DNA from: Camelus dromedarius
Taxonomy: Eukaryota
Direction: 5' to 3'
DNA: 64,000 nucleotides
Assembly (NCBI RefSeq): GCF_036321535.1
Contig: NC_087447.1
Coordinates: forward strand, 36,954,001-37,018,000
Program-made: the position numbers and the translations under genes
Shown here: positions 1-12,000 of the stretch, one piece after another
Position numbering within the stretch: position 1 is the stretch's first letter
How the letters are laid out: each line of letters begins with the position of its first letter
The notes under the pieces: generated by a model
What the model was told of the DNA's origin: nothing
Databases searched by the model: none
Seen by the model: only the letters and a program-made list of their open reading frames with translations

Positions 1-3000
1 TACTGCAGTTAGGGCGCAGTCTCTGACCACCAATGAAGATTTTTCTCCAAGTTCCTGTAGTTCCAGGGGCACCTGCTGTCTCTGCATTCTTCCATGGCAG
101 GGCTCTGGTGTGTAACACCTGCATCTTCCTAGCCTCCTCCCGGGTAACAAGAGATCCTGAGCGTGCATCTCCAAGGATAGGGCCTCTACAACTCTGCCTA
201 AGAACTGACCATACATGAAGGAGGTGGCATAGCCTCGGGAGGCTGACAGACAACCAATACAAATTTATTCAGAATCGAATGCTGATTTTATTTATTAAAG
301 TGACAATGCAATAAAGTCTTAGAACTGAATAGCTCCAGAAAGCTAAATGTATAAAATAGTTTTACAAGGCTTTGGAAGCCAACTTAGATCCTGATCTTCC
401 TAATTTCATGACCTGTACCTAGAAATGAGTCAAGTCTCGTAAGTTAAGCTGTGCAAAAGAGTAATCAACGTTCAGCTTGGGTTTTAAATCTGAAGATCTT
501 CCTTTTAGGCCTACCTCTGACTCATCATCTGTGCGGTCCCTGGGAAGTCTCTCGTACTGAGCCTCAGTATATTCTGTAAAATTAGGATGATCATACCTCA
601 CAAATGGGATAAGTGTGTAAAAGGACTTTACAGTTTATAAGATGCTGGTGGTCACCAAGGCTGAGTGTGGGCCGTGTTTATTGTGTGAGGAGCAGGGTAA
701 CTAACTCAGTGATTTCCACTTCGAAGGGAAGTTTTAAGCTGTGTGCCTTCTGTCTCCTGTTTTACTGGAATAGGTTAGACTCAAAGCTGCCTTAGGCTGA
801 TAGCATAAATAAGTAGCGTGTCATCACTTTTATTCCATAAATAAAACAATTTTTTGTTTATCTTCTTTGTGGGTGGTGGTGGGAAGGAGAGGATGTAGAA
901 AGGAAACGAAGTCTATTTGAAGTAAATCAGGTCTGTTGTACCAAACATCTCTGGAGTTTATAGGAAGCATTTATTTTTTTCTGAAAGAATTAGCTGAGGA
1001 CTAAGAATTAGCTAAATGTAGATGGATTTACTTACCAGCGTGGTACAGCAAGATCATGACAGGCTGCGTGAGTTAACGAATTTCACCTGGTTTGTACAGA
1101 TCAGTTTTTCAGAATCATTTCTGTAAATGTAGAATTTTAAAAGGCAACTTAACGAGATAAAAATTGTCTAGATGTGATATTTGAAGGAATATTTAATACT
1201 TATTTATCTTCAAGTAGAGACTATACTAAAGAATGAAGTTTGCAGTCAAATCAGTTTATCGGAAGGAAAAATATGATTGTTTAGAATGATGGACAATGAA
1301 TTTTAAAGCAACTTGAAGTATAAGGATGAGTGCTATAAATACATTAACTGGTCTTCAAGGGAAAACTAATATTAAACCAAACAGTATCAAATAGATTTTA
1401 TTTATGTTAAGACTTGTTTATTTGGTCTGAGCAATCTAATAATCTAGAGCTTCGTATCATATTACCAAAAAGAAAACACAACACATAACTTGAAGCCTTA
1501 TATAAATTACACATTTTAATATACTAGTCCTGATGCAGCCAAGAAGGCTGGCCAGCCTATCAGCAGTTTTGTCTTGTTTTTTTTTTTACTTACTATTTTT
1601 TTGGTCACTTCAGCTATGGAAAACTAAAATGTTAATCATAAATACGAATATATTTTACGTAATCAGTAAAAAGATTTAGTTTTGTTTTTAGATTGAGCTC
1701 TCCTTTGTGCCAAAAAAAATGCAGTAGAGTTCAATAAAAGAGAAAATCTTAAAACTTTGTACCTTGTGTAATTGTCATGCTCATGATCTTTCCTTGTTGC
1801 TAAGTAGTCTGAAAGTACCACTAAAAATTCTACAGAGATCTAAGAACTCTGCTAACTATGATGTTCGCATGGGAAGTTATTTCTTTTATGAGGAACTGTT
1901 TTCTTCCTTGAGACTGTGCAAATCCATTGTAGTTAACTGTCTTTAGACAACCTTTGGGATTGAGTGAACAATCCCTCTGCCTTGTATCGTGTCCTGGTTA
2001 ATTCTTCAGGTTTGTCCTTGTCTAGGCAGCTGATGAAAAGGAACAGGGAGAGCAGCCCCTCAGCGTTAGGAATAAGTGTGTGTTTGTTTATTGACGGTCC
2101 AGTAAGAGAGCCCTCGGAGGTGTCGCTTTCATTTCGTTTAGAAAAATTTAACTGTGGTCAAAGCACCATCTATCATTCTGCAGGAAAGACTATTTAAATT
2201 ACACTGAAGCTCTTGCTTTTAGACCAGGAAATCAGATTCCAAATTTTAAAATATCTTTCTATTTAATTCCCAAATTTGAATTATAAGACTGAGTTCTCAT
2301 TTATTAACTAAATCGTAAATTCAGCTCCAATACTGTTATTATCTTGTTCTTTAAACAAAAAGCTAAAGATAGATCTCTGAGTTTTTGAGAAATAAAGTTA
2401 GTTCAGCCTTTGCTGTCACTATTAGGAACTATAATGCACTGTATTGCAGTGTCTAATTTCTGAATGTGGAGATAACCTTTTTTTCCCTAGTATAACAACA
2501 AATAAAAAGTGCTACCCCAAATATATCTTAAATGGAATATCTCTTACGTTCGTGCCAACTAAGGTCAGTTTGCGAAGAGGAGGTGGTTTTTCTTCTGTTT
2601 GTGGACACGGTGGAAAGGAATAATAAGCCCCTCTCCCGCCCTCCCTGCTTGCCGGCTCTCTGATGACAAACGGCCTGTACGTAGCAAGCACATACCTCAT
2701 TTACATCACATGCATAATGTGCTCTGTCTGGGATATTAGCTTCTCGGGGTTGGCGGTGTCGCCTAACACACACAGTGATCAGCACATTTTTTGAGGCTGC
2801 AATAATCAGAGGAATGCAGCAGTGATGTGGGAACAGGAAGAAATAACATGGCATAATGAGTGTACCCATCATTGTTCTGTTGTCATCCTTCCTAACCAGT
2901 GTGGTTTCCCTCGGAGCCTAACAAAAGGGTCATGAATTCAGTAGAGTAAAACATGGAACTGGGTGCAAGAATAATATGTCTATTTCTGAGCTCCACGTTC

Positions 3001-6000
3001 AGAGAAAAAGGGAAAATATTGACTACACAGGGGACAAACTGCCCTGAAAGCTTTGTGGGTCTACGCATATGCTTATGTCATCTTCAGACAAGATGTGCAG
3101 TTTTTTACAAATGTGTCTGGCCTCATTTAATCTCAAGTAAGCATTTAGATACAAAAAAGTCAGATACAGGAAATTACATAAATTTTCAAAAATATGCAAA
3201 ACATAGATTTCTAATAAAATATTGCCTGCTATATTAATTGCACGCTGCGTACAAAATTTATTCTTAGCATATTAACCTATTCATGGTTTTCACACATTTA
3301 ATAGAAGATAATAATCTCATAGCAGTTTTCACCTCTTTGTTCAACACGTTAGCAAGAGTTCGATCCTGCAAGTATTTTACAAAGCGGTTTGCATGATCCT
3401 GTTCTATAACCGCTTGCAGTATTCCCAAATAACTCTTACACATGAGTTCAATAAATAATTGGAAGCCCAGATGTTTGAAACGGATATAGCAGATACACTG
3501 TAGCTGTATTTTCAATACAGCTACTTTCCCTTTGTCCTCTCATCAACCTCACAGCCTTACACCCTGCCTTTTTCAGTTCTCTTCTAATTAAACCTAGATG
3601 AGCATTTGGCATGTACGTGTTCCCACACGTGCCCCTCTCAAACGCAGCATGTGGAGGCATCCTGTGTTATTGTTGCTGACTTGAGACATTCCAAGGAGGA
3701 ATTTTACTTCTTCAAACTAAACTGCAGCATTCTTTGTCCCTTCGGTTCACCTCCTGATAAGAGACATGATGTGAGATGTGATTTACCACTTCACGTAGCA
3801 AATAGCTGAAAATTCTGTGTAAGCTCCCTTCTTAGACTGAGCCTCACTCATTTCTGCATCCCTCTCTAGCACGGCTAAAGCAGGCTGTTTTTTGGTGTTT
3901 GATAAGTAACTTAAAAAATGTTAGGTATCAGTAAAAACTAAGAACATTCTTGAATTTGGTTTTAAAATAGAGCTCCCTAATTTTCAGGAACTGAAAGAAC
4001 ATGAGGAAAATTCTAATTTCATTGACAACAGCTTTAGGTAATGAAATTTTTGTTGCTACCTCTCTCCCTATGCAGTTTTTCATTGATTGCTAAAAATGAT
4101 TCTAACTTATATGTCTTGGTTTCTTCCTCTTTGAAATATTTATACCAATTCTTGAAAAAGGCTGTGACATTATCAGAGAAAAGATATTGTTTTATTTCTT
4201 TAAGGGATAGAAGAGTATTATGGCTACATTTGGGAATTTTTAATTTGTATCTTATTTAGTCTGGTGTGCAGTGTGACACCAGTTAATTGTATGTTATTTT
4301 GTGGTAACTACATGTTAACTCTGTTGGAAGTAATGGTAATTATACTGTAATTGATATCAGTTCTCCCACATCTTTGGAAAACCATACAATTAACACATAT
4401 CACCACAGTTGGACACTATCTTTTGTCCTTTGTAATGTTGCCATGTTGGAGTACTATTTTGAATAGGGTCCTAAATATTTTCTTCTTTTAAACTCATTTT
4501 AAAAATTCCAATTTTAAAATGATATTTTAATTTTTGTGAAATGAAACATAGTTTCCAAATTTTAATTTTACTTAATCTTGATGAAAGCTTCATTCACAAA
4601 TAATCAGATGTAGTCTTGGCTTATTTTTATTTTTATTCCTTAAAAAGTCATTTGTGACTTCACATGACTTTATTAGTACTTTCTGTTTCTTAGAGAAGGA
4701 TAACAATAGAATATGCAAAATCTTGACATCAAGGAGTTAGTGTTTTTCTGAAGAGAGGCCCTCTTCTTACTAGCAGTCTTTGTATTTATGTTATTTTGCT
4801 TTCAAACAAAAATGGTTGTATTCTGTGCTAGTGCCACCATAGTGAGTATCAAATTAGGGACACACTTGTGCCAAGTTTAGATGAAAATGTTTTCCCTTGA
4901 TTTTACTTGCCTCCTTCCTTTGCCTTTCCCTTTCTTTGTGTCCCTTCCCTTCTGTGACTTTTGCCTTTGGTGGAGATGGAATTTCAGAAGTAGCAAATAA
5001 ATGCTTTCTGGCTAAGTGTGACCATGGTTTGGTAGGCTTATTTGACAAGTGGATTATCTTTGAGTGATTTCCTTGAGAATATGAATAATTGCTCAAAAAA
5101 TTTTTGTGACATGGCAAAGTGATTTTACTAATGTGTGCTGCAGTGTAGTTCTCAGGAGTGAAAAAGTTGAATATCATAGTATTATAAGATTTCAGAGCTG
5201 TAAGAAACCATAGAGATAAGTTAGTTCAGCTCTCTCATTTTACAGGTGAAGTAATCGGGAACTAGCATGGTTTGTAAAGAGCTCATGTGGTTCAGACAGT
5301 TGGGTGGAAGGAGCAGGAGTCTGAGAGCATGTGGGCTAAGTGGTGTGATCCGGATCTGTTGCTGGCCAGCTGTGGGACTTGGGGTAGGCATCCTACTTCT
5401 TTGGTCTCTTGTTCTCTCTGAAGGAAGAGACCTTTACATTTCCATCCAGCACTAAAGCTTTCTCATGCCCCTTATTTTTCCTTTTAAGATACATGTTATT
5501 TTTGTGGCACACATATTTTTTAAAATTACAGGAAAATCTCTTAGGAGATGTGGTATATTTATATATTTCATAAATTAAAACAAATACATGGTGGTAATAC
5601 CTTACATTTTTCCATATTTTTGTGTTTATGTTTCTGATAAAAAAATCTTCAAATTTATCAGTTTGCCAGCTAGAATTGAAATAGAAGCTGTATTCTTGAA
5701 GAAAATATTTATTCTTGGTTTATATAGCTTAGATGTCTTTTACTTGAATAAACTGCACCTATGTTTCCACAAATAATATTAAAAAGTATACATTGTAAAT
5801 TAAGTAGGTATCTGAAATCAAGTACCTAGATTTGAACAAGTAGAATTCCTAAGATAATTTTTTAGACGAAGACATTTGCTTAGCTGGCCATTAATTTTAT
5901 TGTGATATTCTCTGTTCATTTGATAAATGTTAGAATAATAAAGTCTTGCTAGTGGTTTAAGTGGAGATAAAATTCTCCAGTTTTTAAATCATATATTCAG

Positions 6001-7019
6001 TTTTAATGGGAGTTCATATAATTTTACAATGGAACTTTTTGTGAACTTGTTACTGAAACAAATAGTTAATCAGAGAATATTCAGGAACAAATATGCATCA
6101 TGCCTCTGTCCAGGAATAAAAAGTTGGAAACCACATAGAAATAGGAGTTGGGCTGCCACACAACTGGATTTGCTTAAATCTAAACACTTTATAACTCTAC
6201 TTGGGAGTTGCAAACTTATAAATAACCTTGAAATTGGGTAAAACCATATTAGAACCATATGAATGAGACAGAAAGCATTTGGTTAAAGGGGTTCAGTAAG
6301 CACTATAATCCTGATGAAACTAATTTAACTCAGTGGCTCCCAAGCCTGAAAAGGTCTCATATCTTCAGAGTTAATGCTACTTTATCATTTATCATTTGAT
6401 GATCAATGACAAGAGCCTAAGCATATGTTACAGGAGATATACAGGATGCTGTCCTTGCCAGGGGTGTGGAGAGAGGACTTGCTTAGTTTGGTGTACTCTT
6501 CAGATCCTGAGGGAAACTTGTCATACATCATTTGGGAATGTTTCTGAAAGCTCCATAAAACATATCCACGAGAAGTTCTGCAGACATTAGTTCCTTTCAG
6601 CAGGCTTATGCTGCATGCTTCTGTGCTTACAGGATACAGTCCTAGTCAGAGGTAGAGAGGACTGAGACGCTTTCCCTCCCCCAAAGAACTTATGGTCCAG
6701 TGGTTTGTATCAGCCTCCTGCAAGGTGATCTGAACAGCTTATGTCAGTCTTTGATTCTATGACTTGCCTCAAGTATGTATTTCTGGAATTTTGAAAACTT
6801 TTGCCTACCCCTTACAAGTCTTTCTTCCCTGTAAGGGAGAACCTTCTCTTCTGAAGAATCCTAGCTCACTAGCTATGGTTGTCAATAGATAGAATCACTT
6901 CTAGATCCTATTGGCAAAAACTTCCACAGAATTGTTTCTGAGGCTAGTAGGACCTCATATCTAAAATTCGTTGCCTTATTATTTGATATTTTTTGGCCAG
7001 TGACAAGAGCCTTTTATGA

Positions 7020-7064
7020 ACTCACTTAGCATTGTAAACTGACTATACTACAATAAAAAACAAA
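7020..7064 (+). mobile_element. Extremely 5'-truncated (45 bp) L1-type 3' end with 15-bp TSD
   Basis: AAGAGCCTTTTATGA is repeated at 7005-7019 and 7065-7079. The insert ends cattgtaaactgactatactacAATAAAaaacaaa, a typical L1 3' terminus with poly(A) signal. Confidence 0.8.
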
Positions 7065-7101
7065 AAGAGCCTTTTATGACGTAAGAGGCAGAAGTTGCCA
7101 T

Positions 7102-7493
7102 TGTATTTCCGTAACAAAATACCACAGACCAGGTGGCTTAAACCACAGAAACTTTTTTTCACAATTCTGGAGGCTAGGAGTCCAATACCAAGGTGCTGGA
7201 AGAATTGGTTTCCCCTGAGGTCTCTTTCCTTTGCTTGAAGATGCCACCTTCTTGCTGTGTCCTCACGTGGTCTTCACGCAGCCAGCACACATCTCTGATG
7301 TGCCTCTGTATGTCGTGATCCACTCCCTTCATCAGGACGCTTGTCAGAGTGGATTAGGGCCCACCCTAATGGCCCCATTTTAATGTAATCACCTCTTTAG
7401 AGGCCCTGTCTCCAAACATGGTCGCATTCTGAGGTACTAGAGGTTAGGGCTTCAACATATGAATTTTAGGAGGACACAGTTCAGCCCTTAACA
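7102..7493 (-). mobile_element. ERVL-MaLR solo LTR (MLT1A/MLT1B-like)
   Basis: TG...CA ends, 392 bp, flanked by the 5-bp TSD GCCAT (7097-7101, 7494-7498). The reverse complement begins tgttaagggctgaactgtgtcctcctaaaattcatatgttgaagccctaacc, as in MLT1 consensus sequences. Confidence 0.9.
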
Positions 7494-7983
7494 GCCATCT
7501 TTGCTTAATCTGGCTATTCCCAAACTCTTTGAAATTATTTTCTTTGGGATTGCAGACTCTCTTGACCAAATTCTTTATGTCTCTGTTCATGTAGTTTCAT
7601 CTGGATTATCTTCCCTATCTGTTCCTTGTTTCTCTAGAGGAATTAAACTGAAATTAATATTGATTTTGTTTAACATTTTATTCTATTGTCCTATCATAAA
7701 ATATTAGCATTACTAATTAATTCCAAGAATTAATTACTAATAATGGATCGCTCAGCAATGTAAAAGTGTGTAAGAAGACTATTTGAAGGTGGTGGTGGTT
7801 GAGCTTTTAGGGAAGATTTTTGTAGAGCCCTTTTGAATAATAATAGCTAGGCAGACTTCCTATATTTCAGCACTAAGCCGACCCTGACCAGATCACTCTT
7901 ACAGTTCAATCAATTTACATATCTTCCCTTGTGTTTATCTACCTTTTAATTATCTGTATCTCCTTGTTTTCAAAAAAGAGCTG

Positions 7984-8050
7984 AAAATTAAATTAAATTA
8001 AATTTTAAATTAAAATTAGTTAAATTTTAAATTAAAATTAAGATTAAAAA
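7984..8050. repeat. AT-only low-complexity repeat (AAATT)n-like
   Basis: aaaattaaaattaaattaaattttaaattaaaattagttaaattttaaattaaaattaa. Confidence 0.8.
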
Positions 8051-8714
8051 AAGAGAAGGAAATAATTTTAACAGCATTATCGGGATTTGGCAACCAAAGT
8101 GCCTAGTATGTGCCAACATTGTGAGAGACACTGATAATATAAAGATACAAAGATATGGACACCACACCTTAAGGGGTAAATTGGGGAGATGTGTAAACAG
8201 ACATATAAACCAATAATTATAATGCATTTTGCTACAAACATGGTGTAGTGGTGAAACAAAAGAGGAGGTGACACTTTCTGCCTGGAGCTGGTGGAGGGCA
8301 GTCTACAAAGGATTTTGTCCAGGAGAGATGCTTTAATTAGGCCTAGAATGGACTAATTATGATGTCATCCGTCAGTAAAGCCAGCTCAGATAAGGTTGTA
8401 CAAGCTGTACAGAGAAGTTTCGTTGTCCTTATGCAGATGGTGGAGAGTATCTGAGGGCTTATAAGTGGAGGAAAACAAGATCCAGGTACTACATCGTTAA
8501 CTTAGGTTGAGTTTAAATTTAGGTCCGAGATGCTCAGCAGCCAAGAAAAAAGGAAAGCATCTTTGGTTATATAGTTGTGCTGTTGATACAGGAGATTGGA
8601 TGTTGGCCTTTAGATCAGGGCACTATCTTCATTAGTATTTAGCTTTGAAACATTTAGCAAACACTAAATAACATCTTTAACAGAAGTGGACATTTTGTGA
8701 GCTGCTTTATTTTT

Positions 8715-9040
8715 GCAGAGCACTCATACATACAATCTCTTATTTAATTATCACAACCCTGTGGCATGAGAATTTCCTATTCCATTTTACAAATGAGGAA
8801 ACAGGCTCAGAGAGATCACGTGGAAATTATGCTGTTGAGTTATGATTATAAATTCACCTTAGCACAAATACCAGTCTCAATTTTAGTTAAGTGACTTAAA
8901 TATAAAAAGTTCTTTTTGAGACTTACTTTCTTCTCTTATAAAACTGATAGCAATAGTAATATGTTTCCTTGTAGGTGTTAGTGTGAGGGTTAAAGGAAAC
9001 ACTCATTGGAAAGAGCCTTTCACATAGTATATGATCAGTA
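8715..9040. mobile_element. Two MIR fragments in opposite orientation
   Basis: ccattttacaaatgaggaaacaggctcagagag (MIR core, minus strand), then ttactttcttctcttataaaactgatagcaatagtaat...gtgagggttaaagga (plus strand). Confidence 0.65.
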
Positions 9041-12000
9041 AATGGCACCCTTTCCTACCTCCACTCTAATACATGTATTTGTGCTGTAGAGGCAAACACA
9101 GTTGGAAAACTTAGGACTTCAGTGATTCATGAGTCCTAGCACAGTTTTGGTGTTAAGAGTGTGTTAAAAGGTAGGTATTTAACAATGGGGTTCATTACCT
9201 CATTCCTCCTAGCCGGAGTCTTTTGCATCATGATGACTGACTCTGGGACCATCAAAATATCACTATGAAAGTAAATTCCAGTGCCTCCAAAATAACTCCT
9301 TCCAAAAAAAGCATCACCTTTTAAAAAGTACATGTGGTTACTTTCCAGTGTAAAGCTTACATTTTTGATCCTTCATTAAATACTAAATTTATAATAAAGG
9401 ATGTAAAATAAGGGCTAATAAAGTGATAGCTTGTTAAGTTCTTTAAAAGGAAACCACATGTATGCTTAAGTAGTTATTTCTTGAGAATCATATCATGGCC
9501 AAGATATGTCCAGAGCCAGGAATTAGACCAAGTCTTTCAGAGTAAGGTACAGACTCTCTCTCAACATTATACTTAGCATTGTCCTATTTAAAAACAAACA
9601 AACGCAAAAAAAATTAATTTTTAAATGTGTACTGCTTTTTAAGCCAAGCACTTGTGGTGGGTATTGTCCTCTTTTTGCCCATGTTTTGCAGACTCTGCCA
9701 AGATGCAAGTGTTAAGCTAAAGAAATTCCAAGTCAGACTCAAGACCCTCTTCTTCATTTTGTTATATAGTTAAATTGCACTCTTCTAAAATGACTCATTT
9801 CCCTCTTTTACAAATTATTTATGGTATTTTTCTGGATTTCCTTGTTTTGATTACTATTACTCAAAGAAACATCATCAATACAGTGTGGTGTGTTGAGTCT
9901 AAACATCTTTTTCACAAACTTGAAATGTTAGAAAATTAGTAGTTCGTGTTCCTTTTGTACTCACTTTGATTTATGTGAGTAAATCAGTGAGGTGGGCTTG
10001 TAAAAGACCTGTGAGAATTTATGGACACTAATACTAAATGCAGTGTGACCTAGATAGAAAAGGGGCAAGGCACAATCCTGGCTTGAAAACTCTTTGGATT
10101 TTGTTGAGGGAAACTTGGTGGTGCACATGAGTCAAAAGTTCAAGTCTTTAACATAGTATGTAACTAGGGGCTAATTATAGAGGGAAGGCTAAAAATTTAT
10201 ATATACCAGAGAGCAGATAGGTCAAAGAGGCTGTAGAGTTCACCGACAGCTTGGGCTTTTCAGTATGCATAGGACTTGGCAAGGAAGCAGCAAGAAGGCA
10301 GCATCATCCTAGCAGGCATGAGGGAGAGGAAGCAGGCCCGATCCTGTTATTGTCATGAGAAGGCCAGTTACTGTCCACCAAGAACAAAGGATGCATTTGA
10401 TGAGAGTTGTAGGAAACTGAGTTTAAAAAGATGTGTGGGGAGCAGGGTATGAAGGACCTTGAAAACCAGGTAGAGGAGTTTGGGTGAAATGCAACAGAAA
10501 AAAAGAAGCCATGGAAGATTTTAAATCAAAGCCATGAAGTAGAACCTTCTGAGGAGTGAGAGGAGATGGTCAGGGAGGGCAGCGTCCAGGATCAGGCAGA
10601 CCAGAGCCGAGGTGCGGCAGGGATCTACCTGGGAGTGCAGGCCTGTGCTGGTGTGGTCAGTGATGGCACGAGGCCATGGGGGGCAGGGATCGGTGCAGGA
10701 GGCTCTATAGGAGAAGATTTAGCAAGCTGGGAAGATTTACTGGTCATAGAGGGGTGAGGACCTCTCTTTACTGACCAGTTGGTATTGATGTAAACAGAGG
10801 ACGGGAATGGAAGTTGTGTAAAGGGATAGCTGCTTTTGCAGGGAAGTCATTACTTTCAGGAAAAGGTTTTCCTGGATTGGAAAGATGCAAACGCTTAGAG
10901 CTGGGATGAAAGGACTTCTTTTGTACTCGACAACTTAGCAGCTAACTTTGAGGATAGATGATATCTCAGAATATTGTGATAGCCTTAGAGAATTTCTATT
11001 CATAATGCATGTTTGTGTTATTTCTCTTAGAAAACTGCTTCAGGAATTCACAAAAACATGACTGGTGGCACTGCAGTATTAACTTTCCCTGCAAAATTTC
11101 TTATTATTGCAAATTTGAAATGTTTTTGTCTTTAGTATTTAAATATGTATTTTAGGATATAACAGCAGAATTCTTATTTGCTTAAAAAAAGATTCATACC
11201 ACATAGAAGATGGGTGGTTCTAAATTTGTAATTACATGAGCATAGAATTTCCTATTTGCTATCTTCTATATGCTGAAGTATAATGTATATAATATGTATG
11301 CATTTGTATAAGATACTATAAAATATTCATATAAAAATATATACAAATATTCTATGAACAGAATATTTGAAAGCCATTGTAGAATCTGCTGATTATGATG
11401 CATCTTACATGTGAAAATAACATGAGATAATTATTTTTTACCCATTTTAACTGCCATATAAGTAATGGCCTCTTAGATGTGTGTTCTGTGGCTGCTACGA
11501 ATGACCTTGTATTCAGACATTCTTTAGAAATGAGCTTTGAATACAGGTTGGTAAAGTGCCTCTCATTTAGACCATTGAAATAAAATACATCACATCATTG
11601 TCCAGCCGTGTCGGCCTGTCAAATGAAATGTATTTGTTTGTAAGGCAACAAACAAAAAGCCTCTCTCAGCATGTACAGTTTTCCACTTTGGTTTGTGGGA
11701 AAGAGGACCATGCTGAAATCATTTGAGGTGTGGTGTAGGTTGGTCAGTCTTGAGAATCCAGAGGGAGGGTGCCCCGCACATCGTTAGTTTTCTCGTGTTG
11801 TTTTTCGGGAGATGGCTGTAATCAGTCATCTCGCATATGGTCTGAAAAAGGCTTGTCTCTCTGGCTAGCAAACTGTTATTTAAGTACACAATCCACTCTA
11901 CTACTGAAACAGTTTTGCCAAACTTATCCAAGTATTCTCACATGCTTAAAGATGGTATAAATATCATTTATTGCTAGCAGTTTTCTTCAGACTATATGGA

